A stretch of DNA of 58,131 bases, filler included, from Circinaria calcarea (lineage: Eukaryota), in assembly GCA_051942165.1 (NCBI GenBank). It is 2 parts of 2 records of this genome, joined end to end, with 100 filler letters (N's around TTAATTAATTAA, not from the genome) between each part and the next. Parts side by side here need not be neighbours in the genome. Positions count along the whole stretch, not along the records: positions 29,121 to 58,131 come from JAVECS010000049.1; 1 more part is not named here. One strand, given 5' to 3'. The notes beneath the pieces were generated by a model, which saw only the letters and a list, made by a program, of their open reading frames with translations, did not search any database and was not told where the DNA came from. This document shows positions 37,137 through 49,508 of this stretch, piece after piece; the stretch's first letter is position 1; every line of letters starts with the position of its first letter. The translations under genes were made by a program, and so were the position numbers.

Positions 37137-38334
37137 TTAGCGGCCTCGCCCTCTCGCATCTCTCCTCTGTGGTTCTTCTCTCGACCCGGGAAAGCGTCCC
37201 CGACTCTCGTTGAACGCCGCTCTTCGGCCGCCGCTTTCTAGTTCAGCAATACCGGGTAGACCGACTCCTCCGCCTCCCTCTCTCCCTCCTCCTTCTTGGA
37301 TAGCAGCAAGAACGCTCTCACCCGGCCCAGTTGTCGGTTGCATCCCTATACTACTACTGAGTTGATATCCCGGGCCAGGTGGCCTGCCAGGGATTGAGCT
37401 TGGCATTGGCATAGCGGAGGATACTGCCGTTGATGCTCCCTGCGTCAACGAAAAGGGCGTCACGCCTGCGCGCCGCGCAATGTCAACCTCGCCGAGCTGC
37501 CAGTGCATCGCTTCCGCAGCGCGCCAGGGAATACCAAGTTCTGCTGCCAAAGGAGCCCACATTTCTGGCTTGAGTCTAAGGAATATTAGCAAAAAATGGC
37601 GAGGTGGTTAAAGGGAAGTTATTAGCAGTGGTAAGGTTGACTTTATAAAAACCGGAGAATAAGACATATCCAACAAACAGATATAGAAAACGCCGGCCTC
37701 GCAATCCTAGGCAGTCAAGACAAGTAAGAATTTCCTCATACCGTTCATATAATCTCGCGAGCCGATTTTTCCTCTCCTCATCCCACTCGCTTCTCCTTTC
37801 CAAATAATTCTGGTAATGCAACCTGCAGCTAATGGCACTTCTCCCTGGTAGCCTCTTCGAGATATCCTCCCATTTCATGCCCGAACCACGCAAGTCGATG
37901 ATTAGCGCGTCCTCCTCCGGTGTCCACTTGGATTGTTTCTTTGCGGGCGATGCAGAAGGATGCACTTGTGTAGGGGGCGGGCGTTTTGCTGACGGATGAG
38001 CAGCGAGAGGAGGAGGAAGCAGCGGCGGCGGTGGATGGGTAGGGTTCTGAGGATTCAGATACGAAGAAGCGATTGCTAGCGGGGGAAGAAAGGGTCGCTG
38101 GGACTGAGCATAGGTCTGTGATGGGGGTCCACTGGCGGCTTCCAGGCTGGAGGGGGGGAGATTGGATGAGACAGAAGTTCGTTGCGAACTCGTGGAAACT
38201 GGATGGCCTGGCGCCTGCGAGACAGGAGTCCGCTCAGGAGGAGCTGATGATTGTGCAGTCGGAGAGGGGCTGGGTTTAAGCAGGAGGGAGATATCCAGCT
38301 TCGCGGTTGTGAGGGTTAACGGTGCGTGAAGCAT
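37137..38334 (-). CDS. Myb/SANT DNA-binding transcription factor; intron 37576-37741; start codon uncertain (ATG 38334 or CTG 38298)
   Basis: KQSKWTPEEDALIIDLRGSGMKWEDISKRLPGRSAISCRLHYQNYL followed by EMWAPLAAELGIPWRAAEAMHWQLG. Confidence 0.9.
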
Positions 38335-41026
38335 GTGTGCGACGTTTGAGGATCCTCGTTCGGTGCAGGACGAGAACTTTGCTTACGATAGAAATGGTGA
38401 TCTAAGGGGTTTGGTGATGGCCACAGGCGCGTTTGCAGAATCCGATTGGCACGGCCGTCTGACGAATGACAATGCGAAAGTCCACTCTCTCGGTGCTTCA
38501 CGATACACGAGGACAGATTCGACGGACATGATGGACAAGCTCAGCTGGGATGAGACCAGCTATAAGCATGAAGCTACAACATGCGGTCAATATACCTAGT
38601 TGGGCTGTCAGTGCAGTCCCAAGTGGCGGAGAGTAAAGGATAAGCCAATCGTGTCGGCGGGATAGACGATCGACGTCTACACTCATCAGGAGCAGCCCGA
38701 CCATGGTTCAAAGAACGTAAAGAGAGCATGCTAGGGCAAGCTACATAACGCACTGTTAACCTCCCCAGGTCTATGATAGATGATGTATGAAAAGTCAGGT
38801 AGGGGGCGTCTCTGCACGTAGCAAGCATAGCCCCCGTAGCGTTAGCGGGCCACATCCGATGCATCACAAAGTGCTCTGCTGCATGTGATGGGGTTCGCAT
38901 GAGAGGTCGAGGAGTTTGAGAGAGAGAATGGTCCGGTTTTGGGTAGGATTTGGGTAGGGTGTTAAGGCAGGGTACGGGGTCCTAGAGCACAACGGCGAAA
39001 ACGCCACGAGACTGAGATGGAAAAAACTCTGCCAGGCAAAAACAAGTGGCACTTGCATAAGGTAATGAGGGAGTGGCTAAAAATACCATGCTGTGACGAC
39101 ACAATCAATAAACCCAATATTGCCTGAGCCGCCTCGAACCCGACCACCGACGACAGGCGGCGGCGGCATCGAAACAATACAGAGGCATGCTGTGCTGCCC
39201 TCTCCGCTGTCGTGGCGGCTGCTGTCCTGGTGTTGTGGTGCTGGCTGGATGTGGAATGTGGACGGTGGACGGTAGGCAGGGCCACAGACGCCGACAAGGA
39301 CGAACCACGATCGACGCGCTATGGGGGTTGACAGAAAGTTCTATCCTTGATTCCCTCGCCTTTGGGCTCTCACTGCTCGGTCTGTCCCGAACCAAGCCCA
39401 ACTGGCGGCTCTAGTTCACAGCTGGAGTGATGATCCTGGTCCGATGAACTGTCGTCGCATCATCGGGCTCTCATGGCCTATAAGGCGGTGAGCTCACCGA
39501 TACAGTGAACCACTCCGGCCGGGCGACGTGGTGGAGGCAATGCTTTCACCCAGGACGCTTGCAGAATGTAGAGAGGAATCGTGCTTGATATACTTACATG
39601 AAGAGATTCGGCATTGTGATCTGTGTCATCATCCATGGAGGCTCGCGCCACGCAACGGTTGGCTCCTCGAATCCAGCAGTCAGCAGTAAATACGATGTCA
39701 GGTACGGCTCCCCTTTGATTCGGCTGGAAGCCTCTGCGCCATGGCTCCAGGGTCTCGTAGGTGTGCTGCCGGCCATTCCCATAGGATCGTCGGCTGGTGT
39801 CCGGAATCCTTCTGGCGGTCAAAGGAACACTACTGTGGCAGTGGGTGTGGAGGATGGGGATGAGGAAAGGGATGTCATGGGCCTATTGTGAGCATTGTTC
39901 TGCGGACCGGCCCCGATGGAACCAATCCGATAGTCTCAGGGGCATCGGCGGGCCTGTGCCTATCCCCGCCGATATGCTTAAGATTGCTGCATCCTGCCTC
40001 TGCGGTGGCCTGCCGCGGCACCAGGGCCAATCCGACTCACATTGGATGAAAGGACGGTATCATTATGACATGCAACCCGGCACCAGAGATACGCGAGCGA
40101 CCGTTGTGCGCCGATGATTCAAGCTGCATGTTGGACGGGATCCATGCGGAGTGTCATGGGAGTCGCATATGGAGTACACTAGCCAGCCATCTTTGCAAAG
40201 CCTGCCTCCGCCGCAATGAAGACAGGAAGACAGCAATTCTCTGATTGTTTCGATGGTGGACAATGCAGATGTCGCTTGGGAGAAGGAGCGGTGAAATTCG
40301 GCTCTTCCAACGAGTCAGAATCTCTACCGTAGGTCGATGCCTCGTGTAGCCAACGACGGCCGTACAGAGTACTGGTACGTGTTGTATGCAGATTACCGTT
40401 TCGAGTTAGCGCCCTACCCCGGCCGGATGACGCCCTCGAACTTCAAAGACACGAGTCACTGTTCTCGTGATCTTTCATTGATTCCGAGTTGTCGGATCTC
40501 GAGGTTATCTGTATGCTAACTCGAGCAACTATTGGTGATCTCGAGGATGAGAATCATTCAGTAACCCCCCATCTGTTCGCTTGGCACTTTCGCTCGAATC
40601 AATCGGTTCCTCCAAGCCCTTGGACTAGAGGTATGTATATGTATGTACCTTCAGGGGCTCGGTTTGGGATATTCTAATTCCCCCTCAAAGACTGAATCCT
40701 CAGGTACTAATCCAGCCCGTACGGAGGAGTAGGCGATTCGCTTGTCATGCCACGGCAAACCGGCTCGGTCCCTCCTTTTTTAAGGTTTGCCGATACCGGT
40801 TTCGCTTTCCGCCGGCAAGCCTCCCTGATCCCTGCCGCCGTCGATCGAACAACGGCCACACATCGTGTGTCGGAGGTAAGATTACCTTAGGGGGAAAGCC
40901 AAGGCAGCAGCAACCCCCGTCTCCCGCCTGCACCCGCTGAGCCCTAATGTACTCGTGCTTCCCCTAGGGCTTGACGATCCGGAGAAACAATCACTCCACT
41001 CCACTCCAACTTCACCGCAACCCATC

Positions 41027-42402
41027 ATGTCCCTCCACACACCTCGGGATATTCCTCTTTTCATCCGCTCGGAGAACGCGTCGTCAGAACGTCGCATTAC
41101 GCCGTCATGGAGTATCGCCCACCTCAAAGCGAAACTGGAGTCCGTCACCGGCATCCCACCGTCCAGTCAACGGCTGACTCTCCGACTCCCGGGTCAGGAC
41201 GACATTGCAATCGAGGCGCAGGATGAAGAAAGCACGCAGGTGGGCGCCTGGCGGCTACAGGCATATGCCGACATCTATGTACGTTCAATGACCGTTTCAG
41301 ATTCTTCGATCCTCCACACGGCCACGTCCAGAACACTGATCACAATGCCTCTCCTTTCTTCTCGGTGCTGCCTTCAGCCAAGATGCAGTACCCTCTATAC
41401 TACTGCCCCTCCAATGTCATGTGATTTTTAATGTATCCTTAGATTGGCGGGCAACTTCCTTCTCCCCAAACAGTCAAGGCTAGTAGAAGCCCAGACTTCC
41501 AACTCTACATTTCACATAACTGTCAGATCATGGCGAGGTTATAGGAGACACGAGCCAAGCGTATAATATACTACAAGTTCTCATACACTTCTCGCTTTTC
41601 CCCGATCTCCTTTATTCCCCACATATGTCCGGCACCTTTTAGGGGGTTTAAATCGTTATCATGACCTTCACTCTACGCCACTAGAGATTGTACCCGAACT
41701 ATTCTCGTCGACCTTTCCTCGACACTCTCCACTATCCTTTTCTCCCCGTTCCTACTACTTCCCGAATCCCCGCCACGTTTACTTGCCCCTTCGCTTGCTT
41801 CGTTCAACCGCACTCCTAATGTCCCTCTGTAATTATAGGTCTTCGATACCCGCCCCGTATCCTCTCGCCCCCTAACCCTAAACCCTGATTCCGTTCCAAA
41901 GTACACGATGCCAACATCCACCTACGAAACTCTCCCGTCTACCGTTCTTGCCTGGAAAAAAGCGCACAAACTCGGCCGCTTCGACCCTTCCGCACCGGAT
42001 GTCGGGCAAAGGAAAGTCGAGGAAGCGTGGAGGGAGGTAGAAGAACGTAGTACGTATATGAACTTCTGAAGCTGATACGGGTGTAGCTAATGCTCCGCAG
42101 ATATTAAGTTGATGGCCCGGTGCCGTCTCCTCCCCGAGTCTCACCGCCGCGGGCATGTCGCTTACATCGGGCCTGTCCCGGAAATACCTGCCGCCCATAC
42201 GAAAAATCTCCCCTGGATTGGCATCATCCTTGACGAGCCCCAAGGGAAAAACAACGGCAGTGTCGGTGGGACGAGGTATTTTGAGTGTGAGCCAAGAAAA
42301 GGCGTGTTTGTGAGGCCAGATCGTGTTGAGATGGGAGATTGGGGAGTCGCGGGCTTGGAGGATGAGGATGGATTCGGGGAGGGGGATATGGAGGAGATCT
42401 AG
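41027..42402 (+). CDS. ALF1: Tubulin folding cofactor B (Alf1/Alp11), Ubl + CAP-Gly; introns 41279-41838 and 42050-42100
   Basis: An N-terminal Ubl domain (SERRITPSWSIAHLKAKLESVTGIPP), then VLAWKKAHKLGRFDP, then CAP-Gly (WIGIILDEPQGKNNGSVGGTRYFEC). Confidence 0.93.
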
Positions 42403-43851
42403 GAACTGGTACCCATGGGAATTGGGGTGCAACCTGTGCCTGGTAGCTACTGTCTACTATCTTCAAATGTGCAATAGGCCCAATGGCACAGAGGCAATAA
42501 TACCAAAGGCCTGCTTAGTGTGTTGCGATTAAATCAGGTAGCATACTTCCTCACTCAGCTCCATTCAAGGACGTTGACAAAACTTAGATGTAAGACACTC
42601 TGACCGCCCAGCAGTGATGGGTGTGTATTGAGACAATGTCAACTTTTGATCTCAAGCTGCGTCGCTAAACTAAAATCAGACAATTTGCAGTAGATCAAGC
42701 CCACTGGGCTCAGGGGCAATTATTTTTGGCCACAAGTATGAATGTGGAACGGAAACGAGACGCTGTTATAATACCTTGATGTTTCCCTCCATATCGGAGT
42801 AGTTACTACTCGTCTATCCTTAAAGAACACCAAGGCAACCTGTAAACTCGCTTTATCGTCGTGACTAGAGAGTCTCCACCGTAAGTCCTGTCCTTGCATA
42901 ATACTGGCAACTTACGTTCTTTACGGAATCGCGCGGATGGGCCTTGTGCACTTGTACTGCTCTGGTGGCTCAAGTTTGAGGGGATCTAGGACGACCTTGT
43001 TGACGAGAGGACGATGTCGTCCAATTACTCCTGCAAAGCATCATATGATCCTGCAATATGCCCTTCAGATGAGATTCGACATAGACATGGAGGGATGATG
43101 CATTCAGGCCTTCAAGGAGGCTCAGCTGTATTCTAGTATGCAAAGAGTTGCCAAGGTATGGTGACGGACGATAACGTTGGATTTCACGTTTGTGCTCTAG
43201 GGAGGAATTTCTTCTGGGGTAAAGGGTCAGCTGAAGAGCGATGTTGATTTAGCATGAGCTGGGAGAAAGCGGGTGCCATTCATCATTGTGCTTAAGGTGG
43301 AAAATCTTGAATACTAAATATATTGAATGACATGTGGGAACCAACCACACGATGATGCGGGAAGGTCTCCTCTACCGTACTCTTCCCGTGACGAGTTCGC
43401 AAGCTCGGAACTCGCCGCGATAGTCTGTCTATGGTGTTTTGCTGACGCTTTTGCAGCTTGTGTGAGGGCTCGAACCCGGAACAGAGACCCCTAACCCTTT
43501 CCAATCTGTAACTCCGGCCCTTCTAGTTGTCTGTCGACATTTGCTACATGCTTTGCATGCATATGGAGCATCAAAGTAAAGCGATACAACAAGCACTACA
43601 ATATGCTCTATAACCTTGGAATGTTTCATGCCACTCGATAGGTATTCACCAACATCCGACTCTATGTGGTGTGCCCTGTGGACAAGATTCGACTAGTCGA
43701 TCACCAATGTCCTAGCCAAACGCCGCCGATCACAGCTAAAACAGATGAGTATGACCGATTGCATATGTCTGACACGATCAAAGATTAGATATGGCAGTGT
43801 GCCCATGAGTCCAAGTCCATGATATTCGAATATTATCTTCACCGGTCTAAT

Positions 43852-44787
43852 TCATGGTGGACTGACTCGCGGTCGCAGAGCAATAGCCCACCAATTGTCC
43901 TTCTCGTACCCAGATTCCATGACAATACCTCCAGCCGCGACTATGTCACGCTCAAGTTCTCCAGAACGATACAGATGATAGTAGCGGTGAAAGGTCTTTG
44001 ACTCGTCGTCGTTACCTTTGCTGCCTTTCTGTTTCATTACCCAGGGAACCATAACATCTTGCTCGTCGCTCTCACCCCAGCCTCTACGACTGTTCAATTG
44101 CTCAAGGGCCCACACAAAAATCAGAGCTCTACCACCTTTAGAAGCAAAGTGACCAGTGCTGCCAGGGGCTAAGGTTGACGGTCTTAACGTATCAAGAACA
44201 GCTGCCAGAGCTTGTACACGTCTTGCTGGAGTAGATAGATGGTGGATGACCGCGATAGAAATAGCAAAATCAAAGGAAGAGCCGGGATGTGGGAGCGCAA
44301 GGTTATCGGCAACAATAGCAGTATGAGCTTTGTGCTGACTCGCAATTCTTACCAGATTTTCTGACCTACTTGCCGTTTATTAGATTGCCGAACTTGCATA
44401 TAGTACCGCGGATGTGTAAGAGTGTAGATGAAAAGGGCCGTCTGACCTACCGATCCGAGGCTATTATGAAAATGTCCGAATTAACACCAAGATACTTGCC
44501 ATTGCCGCATCCTAAGTCCAGACCTAGTGATCCACTGGGAAGATTGTTCAGAAACCGCTCAACGATTGGCCACGGCTACGAAGACAATCAGCTAGGAACT
44601 CAGACAAAGCCATTCCAAGCAACCCATCTCCGGCGTATATGCTGCCGGTAGAGGAGTAACTCGACAAAGAGAATGATGCCATGGTGCAGACCTTGTACCT
44701 GGTTGAGGAGAAGTGAGAGGCAATTTGATCATAGACATGGTGGACATGCAGATTTTCATAGGCTTCACCGTGCAGCTTTACCGCCAT
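43852..44787 (-). CDS. TRM9: tRNA wobble-uridine (mcm5U) methyltransferase Trm9; introns 44576-44691 and 44366-44450
   Basis: YENLHVHHVYDQIASHFSSTRYK/PWP, DLGCGNGKY, AISIAVIHHLST, VWALEQ and FHRYYHLY. The first intron uses a weak GTCTGC donor. Confidence 0.93.
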
Positions 44788-45877
44788 ATCCGTATCTAAA
44801 ACCCTGATGGTGCGGATAGCAGGACGACGTCTGAAGCATATGAATAGATAAGTGTCTTGAAGTGACCTCTGAACCTGTTTGCCTGTGAATCGTGCGATTG
44901 GCGTCTAGAAGATCTAACCGGCGACAAGGGCGAGTTGCCGCTCGCTTAGATCGTTAGATCGCCAAGACGGGATGACCCAGAGTACGCGCCCACACCCAAG
45001 GTACGGTTTTCTCATCCTCGTGCTGCATCGTTATATAAACTTAATGGTGACGTTCACAACCTCTCACACTTATGTATACAGACATCTGGATTGAAGTACT
45101 GGAAGTTATTTTACTCTGTGTTTCACACTTACTTTGAAAAACGGAGTTCAACGCATGTTGCTCAAGCAAAGAAAGAAAATCTCGAATCCGGCTCGGAAAG
45201 GAAGTGGATGAATGGAGCAGTTTTTGGAGACAGATACCCTTCTCCGAAAGGTAGTCTTCGACCTTCGAATAGAACCTTTATCTTTTTCGTATCTGTCGAG
45301 AAACGTTGCACCGTCCCTTAGATTCCCAGCGCAAAGTTTAAGGCGTGTTCTCAGCAGGCTTTCTTTGTCAATATGTTGTGGCTTTCGTATTCAGCTTGGA
45401 TTCCTGTCAAGATCGAGCAAACTATCCAACGTGCACCTTATAGCACAATATGGCAGCAATACTGACGCTACTCCGACAATCAAATTCCCTTAAGGCTCAT
45501 CTTTCATGGGTTCACACCATAATACGTTGTTTACATGCCAAACTACCTGTGGTACTTGCGAATAATCATGATCGGTGAAAATGGGTTTTTCCGTCCAGTT
45601 GTTCTTTGTCTCAATAACTTCTTTCGAACTGCCTAAAACGCCTCAATAGTAATTCTCAAAGCGGCCCGCTCCCCAATAAAGAACCGGCTTAGTTCATTAT
45701 ATTTAAGCTATAAAGAATGCAGAGGCAGGGCGCAGAGTATTAAATATATAAAGGCGCGAATCGGATATAACCTACTTGTCAACTATCTTTCTACTCGCAA
45801 CAACTCGAAAGGTTACATACTTATAGCAAAGCATCAAAGTGTCTCATTATAACAGCCACTCTAGAGATAACATAATT

Positions 45878-47329
45878 ATGGCTCGTCGGATACTACCTCG
45901 TCGGACAGTACGCCTTCGGAGAGAAATGAGGAGTATGGACCCCAATAATATCAGAGCACGAAGATTAAGAGATAGGGTGACAATGCCACCTGTGGGCGGA
46001 GAAACGCCCGTGCAAAGGCAAAGAAGAAGAGAAGTAAGCTGAAGGTTCGATCCCACAATAGTCGCTTGTTTGTAAATAACGCTCAAACCAGGGTCAACAC
46101 ATATCCTGGAAGTGGGAACACCATGAACAGGACCCGGTGCCACTGCCACGACTTTTACCTAGGGGCCCTCCGCGATTTGAGCCTCAAGGGATTCATAACC
46201 CGGGTATTTTCTGTTATCGGAACTCCCTCATTCAGTCTCTTTTCCACACCCCCAAGGTTGCGAACTGGCTGAAGTTTAATCATGCTGCCGCCGGGTGCCA
46301 AGTTGGAGCTGATTGCCTGACATGTGCGATTCGCAATCTGTTGGATGAATACTGGACCTACAATGCCGCGGGACGACAACGTCAGAGAAATAATGCAGCG
46401 AGGCGTCTGCAAGGCCTATTCGGTAGAGGTAAGTTATCTTCGAGATATGATAGTGATGTTATTAACAAAGTGCTAGTATCTTCGGATGCAAGTCAGGGGA
46501 ACTCAGCCGCGATTTCCAAACATTTCACCCAGTCTGGCAATCAAGAGGACGCCCAGGAGCTCTACGTCTATTTGTATGATGTTTTCGATAGGCAATTACC
46601 CCCGTAAGTACTCTCAGATTCTTTAGGGGTTGCATACAAAAGCTTTTGAATGAAGCTAATACCCTTTTTAGGGCGGTCATAGATGTCGTACACTCGATTT
46701 TTTACACTGAAATGCGACAGCAGACAAGATGTCTGCGGCATTGGTGTAGCCATCTAACACGGAATTACGACATGCGCACTAATATGGTGCTGGGTTTTCC
46801 GGAGACACCGGCAGAGCGATACACCCTCGTGGAGCTCATCCAATATCACTTCGATCCCTACCATAACGCTCGTCCCGGATTCCAGTGTCCACAGTGTACT
46901 ATCGTCTATGACCCAGAAGTGCGTATGGAAATCGTAACGGCAGCGGATGTGCTCGTTATCCATCTCGCCCGGTTTTCAAACAATATAAATGGGGTGATAG
47001 CCAAAGTCGGTAGCCACGTAAAGTTTGGAAAAACGCTTGACCTGAGCAAATACCTGATCACTCCTGGCTCCCGGGCGAGGCGCAAAAGGGGTACTCTCCA
47101 TTATGAGCTTGTGGCGTCGCTCCAGCATTCAGGAACTTTGCACGGTGGCCATTACATCACTGCCGCTAAAGATCCAGCAGGAACTTGGCACGAAGTCGAG
47201 GATGCGGCGAGACCTAGACCGGTTACTTGGGATATTGTACAAGGAGGACGAAACGGCTTTTTGCCATACATGCTCTTTTACAGACGTATCGTGCACCGGG
47301 TCGCGGCTCAAGGGAGAGAGAATGATTAA
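45878..47329 (+). CDS. Divergent ubiquitin-specific protease (USP, peptidase C19), probably 4 exons
   Basis: Cys box GIHNPGIFCYRNSLIQ, QEDAQE, VLVIHLARF, His box HSGTLHGGHY...WHEVED and YMLFY. Introns lie at about 46034-46091, 46429-46476 and 46604-46671. Confidence 0.85.
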
Positions 47330-47691
47330 GCCCTACCCGTGGGGCCCAAGTCCCCATTCACATCACGTATGATGTTGCATCTTCAACACGAAAGCAGCTC
47401 GCAAAGGTTCAATCATGGCGTTCTCATTAGGCGTTGTCATCAGGCGTTCTGTTTGGTTTATTGCTATTTTATCAATGTCGTTGGTTTGGTTTGGAATCGT
47501 GTTTAGCAGTCTCATAAACCGATCCAATAAGATAGTCTAGCCACATTATACTTATTTCCTTGAGCTATACTAAATGAGCATGTCTAACATGCGAACTTTT
47601 GCCAACCATTTGTCTTAACCCCCCTCTCCTCGACCAGCTTTTAAACGCGGACAGTTCCTAACCTTCTACCATATTCATCGACTGAAACCCC

Positions 47692-47756
47692 ACCTCCTCT
47701 CCCAACTGTTTACCTCCTCTCCCAATGTTTACTTCCCCGCTAACTGTTTACCTCCT
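47692..47756. repeat. Short degenerate ~20-bp tandem repeat (ACCTCCTCTCCCAACTGTTT), about 3 copies
   Basis: Seen directly in intergenic DNA. Confidence 0.6.
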
Positions 47757-49508
47757 ATCACTCTCGCTTGTGCCTTCCAGCGTCATCGATGCTCCAATAC
47801 CTTCTGGTGTGTATGGAGATGTATACCACTTACTGATTCTGGGTAGATGAGAATGTAGATAACTTGGGTTTTCGGCTAGTAGAACGGAAGGGATAGTAAC
47901 GAAACCAAGTAGGACAAGAGAAGAACAAAGTGACCGGAGAAGAGATAGGAGAGAAAAGAGGGGAGAGGGTAAGGTGGTAGGTTAGAAGCAGGGGAAATGT
48001 GAACATGGCCGTCCCAATAGGCTGTAAAGGGTGTAATCAATTGATTCGAGCGCTAAGGTATCGATCTCTCGTGGTACCAGCAGTGAATATATATAGATAA
48101 TAGTACGGCCACCATGCCGTGAAACTTTCCAAGTAGAGTTTAGTGTGTGAGAAGCGCTCAATATATGATGACATTAGAAATCTATGGACTACTAGGGTTT
48201 AAACCGTCTAACCTTGAGTCCGGATCAGTTCGTTGAATGAAAGTAGTAGTTTGCCCTTGCTGAGTTGCAATTGTCCAACGTTCAACTTATCTGAAATCTC
48301 CATATATCTAAACATGTATGAGAATGAAAGCTGAGAGGAAACAAGGTGGACTGTGGTTCTGAATGACCAAAGAATTTACATGAATGGAGATTGAAAATGC
48401 CAGCAGCTATTCTGTACGTGAGAGGAATGGAATGCGAACCAGGACGTCATCCATAACAATCTCGGCATCTGTCTTGCATAACCTTTGCTCTCAAACCTCG
48501 ATTAACTTTCTAGCTATCTTTCAGACTTAGGGCATTCGTACTCCCTTCCCAGCTAAGTCCTTAAAGAGCCCATGGATCTGTTTTAGATAGGTAACAAGAA
48601 TTTGGAGCGTATCAGCACTTTGATGCAGCGCAAAGCACATCGACATCATCTTAGCCTATAGCAGAAGTCTTCAAGTCGTTGTGTTTGGAAGCTCTGTAAG
48701 ATTCAAACGTTGTTAGTCCAAACTCCATTGACACCTGAGATAGTAATCTTCTCCATTTACCTGATGCGTCGTATCCCTAGACAGCCACTGTCCTCAGTGT
48801 ACAATCATCTTCGTGCGGGCGATGGTAGGGGCGTTCTGGGAGGCGTAGGCGGTAAGTTTATAAGCATTTATGCCGAATATGTATGCTTTCACACTCATGC
48901 CCCGTGGCGATGTTTCTGTCGCCTGTGTCTACCTGCTGGTTGAAGCACCCTTAGGTTCTTGCCGCCGGACGTTGAAGCGGCCAGTGTTGGTAATAGTCTG
49001 AGCCGTCCAGACCGTGTCCATAGACCCCAGCATACTCAAAAAGCTCCGAAGTAGCCAGTCAACTTCGATCCGGGCTTAGAAACGTAGGATCAGCGGCTTC
49101 TTGCCAACACTGTTCAAGCCGCTTATTCTTCTCTTCATGAAATCCAAAATCTTCTATCTCCCTGTTCACCTCCTGATTCCAGGCTATCTTGCTTTCCTCC
49201 ATGTCGAATCACTTAAGCCGTCCATCTGTTTCCCCCTGTACCTCGTGGCGATCTGCATGGTGGTATTGATTTCATACAGGTATGTATATTTCTATAAACC
49301 CACCTTATCAAACCAAATTACACCGCCTCCATCTCAAAATCGATAGTCGTAGAGGGCCAGTCGTCCTGTTCTCCAACCGGTCCGTGAACTGCCTCCGCGG
49401 CCATACTGCTGACGCTACCGGGTGGAAAGGTGACATGCAGCTTATTCAGAGCCTTTTCATCGTACCCCTCCTCTAGCATGAGCATGGTGGCATTGACGTA
49501 TGGCTTAA

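Noticed and set aside
41869..41888. CCCTAACCCTAAACCCT telomere-like tract or telomerase RNA template
   Set aside because: It lies within the cofactor B coding exon (RPLTLNPD) and has too few repeats. The isolated TTAGGGTTA at 9661 and CCCTAACCCT at 43489 likewise have no supporting structure.
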